A stretch of 64,000 nt of DNA from Eubacteriales bacterium. GTDB lineage: Bacteria > Bacillota > Clostridia > Oscillospirales > CAG-272. The stretch lies in contig JAZNKD010000048.1 of the NCBI GenBank assembly GCA_045578385.1, positions 5,656 through 69,655 on the forward strand, read 5' to 3'. Of the stretch, positions 8,001 to 18,200 are shown piece by piece. How positions within the stretch are numbered: position 1 is the first letter of the stretch; every line of letters starts with the position of its first letter. A program made the translations under genes and the position numbers. Below the pieces are notes generated by a model. The model saw nothing but the letters and a program-made list of their open reading frames with translations, was not told the origin of the DNA and searched no databases.

Positions 8001-11000
8001 ATGGTAGAAAGAAAGAAAATTTCTATGGATGGTAACACTTCTGCCGCGCACGTGTCGTACGCGTTCACAGAGGTTGCTGCTATTTACCCCATCACCCCTT
8101 CCAGCCCTATGGCGGAAGTAACAGACACATGGAGTGCGTCAAATAAAAACATCTTTGGCGAGCCTGCTAAGAATATTCTTGGTGAGAACGTCAAGGTTGT
8201 TGAGATGCAGTCTGAGGCAGGCGCGGCAGGCGCAGTACACGGCTCTTTGGCAGCAGGTGCGCTCACCACTACCTATACCGCTTCTCAGGGACTTCTCCTT
8301 ATGATACCCAATATGTATAAGATAGCCGGCGAGCTTCTTCCTTGCGTTATTCACGTTTCCGCAAGATGCGTAGCTTCTCACGCTCTTAACATTTTCGGTG
8401 ATCACTCCGACGTATATGCTTGCCGTCAAACCGGTTTTGCTATGCTCGCTGAAACAAACGCTCAGGAAATTATGGACCTTGGCGCAGTTGCTCACCTTGC
8501 AACTATCAAGTCCAGAGTTCCTTTCCTTAACTTCTTCGACGGCTTCCGTACCTCTCACGAGATTCAGAAGGTTGCCGCTTGGGATTACAAGGATCTTAAG
8601 GATATGGTTGATATGGATGCTCTTAAGGCGTTCCGCGACCGTTCTCTTAACCCCGAGTCACCTGCTCTCAGAGGCTCTGCTGAAAACGGAGATATCTTCT
8701 TCCAGCACAGAGAGGCTTGCAACCCCTATTACGACGCTCTTCCCGCAGTTGTTGAGGAGTATATGGATAAGGTTAACGAGAAACTCGGCACCAACTACAA
8801 GATCTTCAACTACTACGGCGCACCCGACGCTGAGCGTGTAATGATCGCTATGGGCTCTGTTTGCGACGTTGCAGAGGAAGTTATCGACTATATGAATGCT
8901 AACGGCGAGAAGGTTGGTCTTGTTAAGGTAAGACTTTACCGTCCCTTCTGTGCAGACAGACTTGCTGCAGCTATTCCCGCTACCTGTAAGAAGCTTGCGG
9001 TTCTTGACAGAACCAAGGAGCCCGGCTCTCTCGGTGAGCCTCTTTACCTTGACGTTGTTGCCGCTCTTAATGAGACCGGCAGAAACAATATTCAGGTAGT
9101 TGGCGGAAGATACGGCCTCGGATCTAAGGATACGACTCCCGCATCTATCTTCGCTGTTTTCGAGAATCTTGCAAAGGATGCTCCCAAAAATCACTTTACC
9201 GTTGGTATCGTTGACGATCTTACCGGCCACTCTCTTGATGAGAAGGCAGCTCCCGATACCTCTCCCTCCGATATGATCCAGTGCAAGTTCTGGGGTCTTG
9301 GCGGCGACGGTACCGTTGGTGCAAACAAGAACTCCATCAAGATTATCGGTGACCATACCGATAAGTTCATTCAGGCATACTTCCAGTATGACTCCAAAAA
9401 GACGGGCGGTATCACCATTTCTCACCTTCGTTTCGGTGATTCTCCCATCAAGTCATCTTACTATATCAATAAGGCTGACTTCGTTGCTTGTCATAACTCG
9501 GCATATCTTACCAAGTACGATATGATTTCCGACGTTAAGCCTGGCGGTACCTTCCTTCTTGACTGCCAGTGGACAGATGCAGAGCTTGACGCTCATCTTC
9601 CCGCATCGGTTAAGACATATATCGCTAAGAACAACGTTAAGTTCTACACCATCAACGCAACTCAGATTGCAATAGATCTCGGTAACGCAAAGGTTAAGAA
9701 CACCGTGCTTCAGTCCGCGTTCTTCACTCTTGCAAAGGTTCTTCCTATCGATGAGGCTATTGATTATATGAAGTATATGGCAACTAAGTCCTATCTCAAG
9801 AAGGGCCAGGCAATAGTTGACCTCAACCATAAGGCTATCGACGCAGGTAAGGACGCTCTCCACCTCGTAGAAGTTCCTGCAGCATGGGCTAACGCAGGCG
9901 AGACCGATCCCGTAGCTAAGGTAACCGGCAATAGAGGCGACCTCGTTGACTTCGTTAACGACGTTGTTGTTCCCGTTGGCGCAATGAAGGGTGATTCTCT
10001 CACCGTTGGTACTTTCGCTAAGTATGCAGACGGTACCTTCCCACAGGGCTCCGCAGCTTACGAGAAGAGAGGCGTTGCAGTTACCGTTCCTCAGTGGAAT
10101 CCCGAGCACTGTATCCAGTGTAACAACTGTGCGTTCGTATGTCCTCACGCTTGTATCCGTCCCTTCGCTATGACCGAAGAGGAGGCTGCAGCAGCTCCCG
10201 CTGAGACTAAGTTCGCAGCTAAACCCGTTATCAAGACTAACTATAAGTTCACAATGGCAGTATCTCCCCTTGACTGTATGGGCTGTACGCTCTGCGTTAA
10301 GGCTTGCCCTGTAAACAACAACGCTAAGCTTGGTACTGCTATTGAGATGAAGCCCATTGCTACTCAGCTCGATCAGCAGAAGGCTTACAACTATGCAGTT
10401 GCTAAGGTAGCTGAGAAGTCCGAGCTTGTTTCCGTATCCGTTAAGGGAAGCCAGTTCAAGCAGCCCCTTCTCGAGTACTCCGGCTCTTGCGCAGGCTGCG
10501 CTGAGACCTCTTACGCTCGTCTTATCACTCAGCTCTTCGGTGAGAGAATGTATATCTCCAACGCTTCCGGATGTTCGTCCATCTGGGGTGGCTCCGCTCC
10601 CGCAACTCCTTACACTGTAAACAACGAGTCCGGCAGAGGTCCCGCTTGGGCTAACTCGCTCTTCGAGGATAACGCAGAGCACGGTCTCGGTATGTATATC
10701 GGTCAGAAGACCATTCGTGAGAAGCTCGTAAATAAGGTACGCGCTATGGCAGAGTCCGAGAAGGCTTCCGAGTCCTTTAAGGCTGCAGCAAACGAGTATC
10801 TCAATACTCTTAACGACGGTAAGGCTAATGAGGCTGCTACCAAGGCTCTCGTTGCAGAGCTTGAGGCTGCTGCGCAGGCAGGATGCCCCACGGCAACCGA
10901 AGTGCTTGCAGAGAAGCAGTACCTCTCCAAGAAGGCAGTTTGGATCTTCGGTGGAGACGGTTGGGCATACGATATCGGCTTCGGTGGTCTTGACCACGTA

Positions 11001-11591
11001 AACGCTTCCGGCGAGGACGTAAATATTATGGTATTCGATACCGAGGTTTACTCCAACACGGGCGGACAGGCGTCTAAGGCTTCCAACATCGGTCAGGTTG
11101 CTCAGTTCGCAGCAGCAGGTAAGGCAATCGGCAAGAAGAACCTCGCAGTTATTGCAATGTCCTACGGCTACGTATACGTTGCTCAGATCGCTATGGGCGC
11201 TGATATGAACCAGACGCTCAAGGCTCTTGCAGAGGCTGAGGCATATCCCGGACCTTCTATCGTAATCGGCTACGCTCCCTGTGAGATGCACTCCATCAAG
11301 GGCGGTATGGCAAACTGCCAGGCTGAGATGAAGAAGGCTGTTGAGGCAGGATACTGGCAGATGTTCAGGTATAATCCTGCTCTTATCGCAGAGGGCAAGA
11401 ATCCCTTCACTCTCGACTCTAAGGAGCCCAGCGCAAGCTATCAGGACTTCCTTGCAGGCGAAGCTCGTTACACTCGTCTCGCTCAGGCATTCCCCGAGAG
11501 AGCAAAGGCACTCTTCGAGAAGGCAGAGGCTACTGCGAAGGCTAAGTACGAGAGACTTAAGAAGCTCGTTGACTTCTACAACGTTGACTAA
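8001..11591 (+). CDS. nifJ: Pyruvate:ferredoxin (flavodoxin) oxidoreductase, single-chain PFOR
   Basis: About 1,196 aa. The N-terminus reads MDGNTSAAHVSYAFTEVAAIYPITPSS...EMQSEAGAAGAVHG. Two ferredoxin-type clusters are present (CIQCNNCAFVCPHACIRP and CMGCTLCVKACP), plus a TPP domain (GGDGWAYDIGFGGLDH). The RBS ggagga precedes the ATG at 8001. Confidence 0.95.
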   Translation: MVERKKISMDGNTSAAHVSYAFTEVAAIYPITPSSPMAEVTDTWSASNKNIFGEPAKNILGENVKVVEMQSEAGAAGAVHGSLAAGALTTTYTASQGLLLMIPNMYKIAGELLPCVIHVSARCVASHALNIFGDHSDVYACRQTGFAMLAETNAQEIMDLGAVAHLATIKSRVPFLNFFDGFRTSHEIQKVAAWDYKDLKDMVDMDALKAFRDRSLNPESPALRGSAENGDIFFQHREACNPYYDALPAVVEEYMDKVNEKLGTNYKIFNYYGAPDAERVMIAMGSVCDVAEEVIDYMNANGEKVGLVKVRLYRPFCADRLAAAIPATCKKLAVLDRTKEPGSLGEPLYLDVVAALNETGRNNIQVVGGRYGLGSKDTTPASIFAVFENLAKDAPKNHFTVGIVDDLTGHSLDEKAAPDTSPSDMIQCKFWGLGGDGTVGANKNSIKIIGDHTDKFIQAYFQYDSKKTGGITISHLRFGDSPIKSSYYINKADFVACHNSAYLTKYDMISDVKPGGTFLLDCQWTDAELDAHLPASVKTYIAKNNVKFYTINATQIAIDLGNAKVKNTVLQSAFFTLAKVLPIDEAIDYMKYMATKSYLKKGQAIVDLNHKAIDAGKDALHLVEVPAAWANAGETDPVAKVTGNRGDLVDFVNDVVVPVGAMKGDSLTVGTFAKYADGTFPQGSAAYEKRGVAVTVPQWNPEHCIQCNNCAFVCPHACIRPFAMTEEEAAAAPAETKFAAKPVIKTNYKFTMAVSPLDCMGCTLCVKACPVNNNAKLGTAIEMKPIATQLDQQKAYNYAVAKVAEKSELVSVSVKGSQFKQPLLEYSGSCAGCAETSYARLITQLFGERMYISNASGCSSIWGGSAPATPYTVNNESGRGPAWANSLFEDNAEHGLGMYIGQKTIREKLVNKVRAMAESEKASESFKAAANEYLNTLNDGKANEAATKALVAELEAAAQAGCPTATEVLAEKQYLSKKAVWIFGGDGWAYDIGFGGLDHVNASGEDVNIMVFDTEVYSNTGGQASKASNIGQVAQFAAAGKAIGKKNLAVIAMSYGYVYVAQIAMGADMNQTLKALAEAEAYPGPSIVIGYAPCEMHSIKGGMANCQAEMKKAVEAGYWQMFRYNPALIAEGKNPFTLDSKEPSASYQDFLAGEARYTRLAQAFPERAKALFEKAEATAKAKYERLKKLVDFYNVD

Positions 11592-11629
11592 TCCGACTTA
11601 GATATTTTGGTCATAAGCGTCGTTCTCAG

Positions 11630-12040
11630 GCAAAGCTCGCAATAGGTTTCTATTGCTTCGGCCTGAGAAACGGCACTTCTGCCGCAAAATCTCGTCGTCG
11701 GATGACTCGAACGTTGCTTGGAGATGCAGGTTGTCTTTAAGCAAAGCTCGCAATAGCTTTCTATTGCTTCGGCCTGAGAAACGGCACTTCTGCCGCAAAA
11801 TCTCGTCGTCGGACGGCTCGAACGTTGCTTGGAGATGCAGGTTGTCTTTAAGCAAAGCTCGCAATAGCTTTCTATTGCTTCGGCCTGAGAAACGGCACTT
11901 CTGCCGCAAAATCTAGTTGTCGGATGACTCGAACGTTGCTTGGAGATGCAGGTTGTCTTTAAGCAAAGCTCGCAATAGCTTTCTATTGCTTTAGATTAAG
12001 AAACATCGCTCCTCCCACAAAATCTAGTTGTCGGATGGCT
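11630..12040. repeat. 111-bp tandem repeat, about 3.7 copies
   Basis: The motif caaagctcgcaatag recurs at 11631, 11742, 11853 and 11964, an exact 111-nt period. Units 1-3 differ at 2-4 positions; unit 4 is degenerate. Each unit contains the hairpins gcaatag-cttt-ctattgc and cggca-cttc-tgccg. Confidence 0.92.
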
Positions 12041-12102
12041 AAAAATGTTCAATACTGCGTTGTAACGCGCGGTGAAAGAAGATAAATATCTATCGTGATG
12101 GC

Positions 12103-12131
12103 AGGACAGAGGATTTTAAATTCTCTGTCCT
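12103..12131 (+). terminator. Terminator-like hairpin downstream of nifJ and the repeat array
   Basis: aggacagag-gattttaaatt-ctctgtcct forms a 9-bp stem. The trailing T-rich tract is weak (cttatctt). Confidence 0.4.
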
Positions 12132-12213
12132 CTTATCTTAATTAAATCTGTTAAATTAGCATAATTGTAAATTAAACTTTTCAAATTTTACATATTTTGA
12201 GGAGAAAACTCAA

Positions 12214-15200
12214 ATGAAAAGAATTCTTAATTTGATAATATCTGTTCTTCTCGCGTTTGCCCTTATTCTTACTCTTGCATCCTGCGACGTGCTTGATGAG
12301 ATCAAGGTTAAGGTAGAGGAAATCATCGGCGGTGATGATGAAAATCCTGACGAAAACGGTGATGATGCCGGCGAGGACGGCGGTGAGGAAACTCCCGGTG
12401 AAGACGGTGGCGAAGACAATAAAGATGATGACAATAATGACGAAAACGGCGGCACGGACGGCGGTGGCGATGGTGACGGCTCGGGTGATACCGAGACCGT
12501 AACTCATACCGTAACCTTTGGCGGTGCAGGGCAGGAAAGCAGCGTTACCGTTAACGCTGACGGAAAGCTCACCGCGCCCGAAGCTCCCACGAAGCCCGGA
12601 TATACTTTCAACGGTTGGTATAACGGCGAGCATAAGTGGGATTTTGAGAATGATAAGGTTACCTCGGACGTAAGACTCGAGGCAGGCTGGGTTGTCATAA
12701 CTTATAAAGTATCTTACGAGCTTTTCGGTGGTCAAAACAGTGTGGATAACCCGGTTTCGTTTGACGTTGAGGACGGAAATTTGATCCTCGGTGCTCCTGT
12801 AAGGGCGGGATACGTGTTCTCGGGTTGGTATACCGATGCGGATTTTGGCACTAAGGTTGAGCTTATCGAGACAAACTGTCTTACCGACGTTATCCTATTT
12901 GCAAGATGGGAGATTGACGTATTTGAAATCAAGTACGAGCTTTTCGGCGGTACTAATTCGGATAGCAACCCTTTGACCTACGACGTGGAAAGCGGAAAGA
13001 TAATTCTCGGTGCTCCCGAGCGTCAGGATCACGTCTTCGTAGGCTGGTTCCTTGATGCTGAGTACACCGAGAGCGTTAGCGAAATTGACGTCACTCTCCT
13101 TAAAGACATAACCCTTTACGCTAAGTGGAAAAGCTTTGACGAGTTCTTCACCTATACAACCGATGACACCGGCGCAACTATTACAGGCTTTGAGGGCGCG
13201 GCGAAGGCGCTTAAGATTCCTGCAAAACTTGGCGGCGTTGACGTTGTAGCTATCGGTGAGGGCGCGTTTAAAAACTGCACAGAGGTTGAGGAAGTAATCA
13301 TTCCAGACACGGTTATCACCATAGGCGTGTCAGCTTTTGAGGGCTGCTCTGAGCTTAAAAAGCTTACCATAGGCTCGGGTGTTGAGACTATCGGTGAGCG
13401 CGCGTTCTACTTCTGCGTTAAGATTATAGTTATCGTGATTCCCGACAGCGTAAAGACTGTTGGTAAATCGGCGTTTGACGGTTGTAGAGACGCAACCTCT
13501 GTTACAGTAGGTAATGGCGTAACCGAGATTGGCGAGCTCGCGTTCAATAACTGTGTCTCGGTAAATAAGATTGTTCTCGGAACGTCACTTATTACCATCG
13601 GAAACAGCGCGTTCTTCGGCTGTACTTCGGTAAAGGATATAAATATACCCGATAACGTAGTAACTATCGGCGAATATGCGTTCTTCGGATGTACGGGTGC
13701 CGTATCCGTAATTATAGGTAACGGAGTTACCTCGGTTGGACACTATGCATTCCAGGGCTGTTCATCTCTCACAGACTTGGTTATCGGCTCTAATGTTTCC
13801 TCTATTGGTAACAAAGCGTTCTATCTCTGTATTAAAATCGTAGTCATTGTAGTTCCCGATAGCGTAACTACGCTTGGCGAATCGGCATTTGAGGGCTGTT
13901 CGAGCGCAACCTCGATAAAGATAGGCAACGGAGTAACGACGGTCGGCAAGTCTGCCTTCTCGGGCTGTACCTCTGCTACAGAGGTAAGCTTCGGCTCGCG
14001 AGTTTCCTCTATCGGTGACTATGCGTTCTACGGCTGTATAAAGCTTCTCGTTATCGTGATTCCCGATAGCGTAACTACGCTTGGCGAGTCGGCATTCGAG
14101 GGCTGCACGGGGGCGACCTCGATAAAAATAGGCAATGGGGTAACGACGGTCGGCAAGTCTGCATTCTCGGGCTGTACCTCTGCTACCGAGGTAAACTTCG
14201 GCTCGCGAGTTTCCTCTATCGGTGACTATGCGTTCTACGGCTGTATCAAAATAGTTGTTATTCTTATTCCTAACAATGTAAGAACTATAGGAGTATCCGC
14301 ATTTGAGGGTTGTTCCGGCGCTGTAAGCATCACAGTTGGAAACGGCGTAACTTCAATAGGAGATTCAGCGTTCTCCGGCTGCTCATCGGCGGAGAGCGTA
14401 ACTCTCGGTACGGGTGTTACAACTCTTGGAAACAGGGTATTCTACCTTTGTATTAAAATAGTTATCATAATTATTCCCGAATCTGTAACCTACGTTGGCG
14501 AGGGCGTATTCGGCGGCTGTACCTCAACCACGGTTTGCACGCCTTGGGAAACCAAGCCTGACGGCTGGAGCGAGGGCTGGGTAAGCGATAATACCTCGTC
14601 TGCCCCTACCGTGCAAACGAAGGACCAGTGGGTAATAGTATACGACGTTGAGATTATCGTCGCGCTCTTTGGCGATTGGTACGTAGTTACCGAGCCTACC
14701 TGCACGTCATACGGTGTTATGCGCCGCGATTCAACGAATATCAAGGACCTCTCTCAAACTAAGAGAGTTGAAAAGCTTGAGCATAATTACGTAGATAAGG
14801 TATGCTCCGAATGCGGTCAGAGAGTCAGCGAGGGAATTATCTTCGAGTATAAAAAGGCCACGGGCAGCTATGCCGTAGTCGGACTTGGCGAGATAACCGA
14901 TACTGATATTGTTATACCGCCTACGTACGAGGGTCTGCCCGTTACTACCATATGGAGCAACGCCTTCAGCGGCAGAGCCGATATAACGAGCGTAAGTATA
15001 CCTCAGAGCGTAACAGCTATATATGACGGTGCATTCAAGGCCTGCACGGGAATTACAGAGCTTGTTATTCCGAATACAGTTAAGAGCATCAGCTATAACG
15101 CACTTGAGGGCTGCTCGGGACTTGTAAGTCTACAGATTCCGTTCGTAGGCTCGTCCTTAACTTCAGCTACCAACAACTCGGTATTCGGATATATCTTCGG

Positions 15201-18200
15201 CTCAAAATCATATAGCGGAATGACCAAGGTAACACAGAAATATTCGTCGGCGCACAGCGCCTCTGAAGCATATCTTCCAAGCGGACTTAAAAATCTCGTT
15301 ATCAGCGGTGGAAACATAGGTCAGGCTGCGCTTCAGAACTGCACGATGCTCGAAAGCGTAACTCTACTTGAAGGTGTTAAGTCTATCGGTAACAATGCGT
15401 TCGAGAACTGTACCGGTCTTACCTCTATAGAGATACCAGCATCGGTTGAAGCGGTTAAAACTTATGCATTCCAGGGTTGTAGCTTGCTTGAGAGCGCAAA
15501 AATTCTCGGTGCAACGAGGATTTGGAGCTACGTATTCCGTAATACCGCTATCAAAATGGTTGAATGCGGTGACGGTGTAGTTATTGATCAAAGCGCGTTC
15601 GATAAGTGCGCGACCCTTGAGACCGTTAAGCTCGGCAAGGGTGCGAGCATTAATACGTATGCATTCAGAGACTGTTCTGCACTTAAGAGCGTAAGCTTCG
15701 GCGCAGGACTCCGCACTCTCGGTAGCTATGCTTTCCAGAACTGCTCTGCGCTCACGGAGATTGTTATTACCGAGGGACTTAAGACTATAGGTGGCGCAGC
15801 CTTCCAGAACTGCTCGTCTCTTAAGTCGGTAACCATACCGAGTACGGTTACGACGATAGGTTCGCGCGCATTTAACTCCTGCCCGCTTATCGAAACTATC
15901 GTGCTTCCCGCAAATCTCGAAATAATAGAGGATTATGCGTTCTCAGGCTCTTCGGCTGTAAAGACAATTACTTTCCTCGGCTCTAATGTTACCTCTGTCG
16001 GAACTGCGGCATTCTCGGGACTTTCAAACGTTGAGGCGGTATACGTTCCCTCTATTGAAGCATGGCTTAATATGAAGTTCGTCGGCAACGGCTCTAACCC
16101 TGCAAGCGCATCTTCAAACGCAAAGGTATACGTAAACGGCGAGATTATTACCGACCTTGTTATTCCCGACGGTGTTACCGTTATTTATGCTTATAAATTC
16201 CAGAATTTCACTTCTATCACGTCTTTGGTTGTACCGAACAGCGTAACCAGAATTGAGATGGGAGCATTCAAGGGCTGTAGCTCTCTCAAGACGGTCGTTA
16301 TCGGTAACGGACTTGAATTTATAGCAGAGGGAACCTTCTCGGGTTGCTCGGCGATTGAGAGCATTACGCTTCCTTATCTGGGAACAACATGTCCCGCAAG
16401 CGGAAACCCGTATAAATATCCTCTGGGCGTTATTTTCGGAACAAGCTCTTTCGAGGGCGCTACGAGAACCTCTCAGAGATACGATTACGGCAACTCTCAG
16501 ACTACAGGATACTATTACATTCCCGACAGTCTTATAAAGGTAACCGTTACGGGTGACACGTTAAATTACGGCTCGTTCTACGGCTGTACCAAGATAAAGG
16601 AAATCGTGCTTTCGGGCAACGTCACCGCTATAGGACGATATGCGTTCTACGACTGCCGTGCTCTTGAAGCAGTCACTGTTCCCGAAAACCTTATCTCTAT
16701 AGGCGAATACGCCTTTCAGGGCTGCGCGGCTCTTAAAGCCGTTGTTATTCCCGACGGCGTTACAGCGATAGAAAAAGCTGCTTTCTCGGGTTGCTCGGCG
16801 CTTACTTCGCTAACTCTCGGCAGTCGCGTTGAGACTATCGGTGACAACGCATTTTATAACTGCTCCTCACTCACCGAGATAGTAATACCCGACTCGGTTA
16901 AGACGATAGGAAGCGCCGCGTTCAGAAACTGCTCGTCCTTGGCAAAGGCAACTCTCGGTAGCGGCATTGAATCAATAGGCAGCGACGCCTTCTCGTCCTG
17001 CTCGAAGCTTAAAGAGGTATATGTTAAGGATGCGGAAGCTTGGCTCAGAATTGAATTTAAAACCACAAGCGCAAACCCCGTCGGCTCGGGCAAGGGAAGT
17101 CTTTACTTTGGCGGCGAGCTCGCAGAGAACATAGTAGTTCCCGACGGTATAACGAGCATCAGCGATTATGCGTTCTATAACTGCGCGTCCATCGTTAGTA
17201 TAACTATCCCGAGTAGCGTTGAGAGTATTGGAAACAGCGCATTCTACGGCGCGACAGCTCTTAAGACGGTAGTTCTTTCCGACGGACTCGTAACCGTTAA
17301 AGACAATGCGTTCAGAGCCTGCTCGGCTATTGAAGAGCTGATTATTCCGGACAGTGTTACTTCGCTTGGCTATAACGCTATTTACGGCTGTAATGCGCTT
17401 AAGACTCTCGTTATCGGTAAAGGAGTAACCTCTATTCAGAGCGCTATGCTTGAGGGTTGCAACTCTATTGAGAACTTGACGATACCCTTCGTAGGAGCTA
17501 CACCGAACGCAACGGAAGCTTCTAAAAACACGCTTTTCGGTTATATCTTCAGCAGCAGGTCTTCGGGCACTGACACTATGTATGTAACTCAGCAGTACGC
17601 TGCGTCGAGCGGAGCATCCTTCTATATCCCTAAATCACTTAAAAACATTACGGTTCTCGGCGGAAATCTTCATTACGGAGCATTCTCCGAGCTTAAAATG
17701 ATTGAGACGGTGATTCTCCCGGACAGCGTTACGGAAATCCCCGAATATACCTTCTATAATTGTAAAGCGCTCGTTACGGTTAAGCTTCCCGAGAGTATTA
17801 CCTCGATAGGTAAAAACGCGTTCTTCGGTTGCGCCGCGCTCGAGAGCGCAAATATTCCCGATGCGGTTACGTCTATCGGTGTCAGCGCGTTTGACGGATG
17901 CGCGGCTCTTAAAGAGCTTAAGCTCCCGAAGGAACTTACTTCGGTTGGCGAGAGGGCATTCTACGGCTGTCGCGCCATCACAGAGGTGACACTTCCCGAC
18001 GGTATCGCAAATATCCCGAAATCCCTATTTGATAACTGCTATGCGCTGGCCAAGGTAACCCTTGGTGCAAACGTAAAGACTATAGGCGATTGCGCGTTCA
18101 ATTCCTGTGATAAGCTTGCACAAATTAATATTCCGAGTACGATTGAGAGCATCTCCGACGTAGCCTTTGACGGTTGCGACGAGCTGGTTTTAAACGAGTA

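Noticed and set aside
9453-11291. 612-aa ORF on the minus strand
   Set aside because: It is antisense to the unambiguous PFOR gene. It is the same codon-bias shadow effect, with no start context.
11598-11916. 103-aa (minus) and 87-aa (plus) ORFs with 37-aa repeats
   Set aside because: They exist only because the 111-bp repeat unit is a multiple of 3 and is stop-free in one frame on each strand. No RBS is present. The peptides are basic and low-complexity. The ORFs end where the repeat ends.
11630-12040. CRISPR array possibility for the 111-bp repeats, and for the 41-nt repeats at 35446-35588
   Set aside because: The repeats are contiguous head-to-tail with no unique spacers. The unit lengths are wrong for CRISPR, and no cas genes are in the window.
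12181-12735. 184-aa minus-strand ORF and overlapping small ORFs at the 5' end of the giant gene
   Set aside because: They are antisense to the acidic low-complexity linker of the LRR protein. This is a low-complexity mirror translation.
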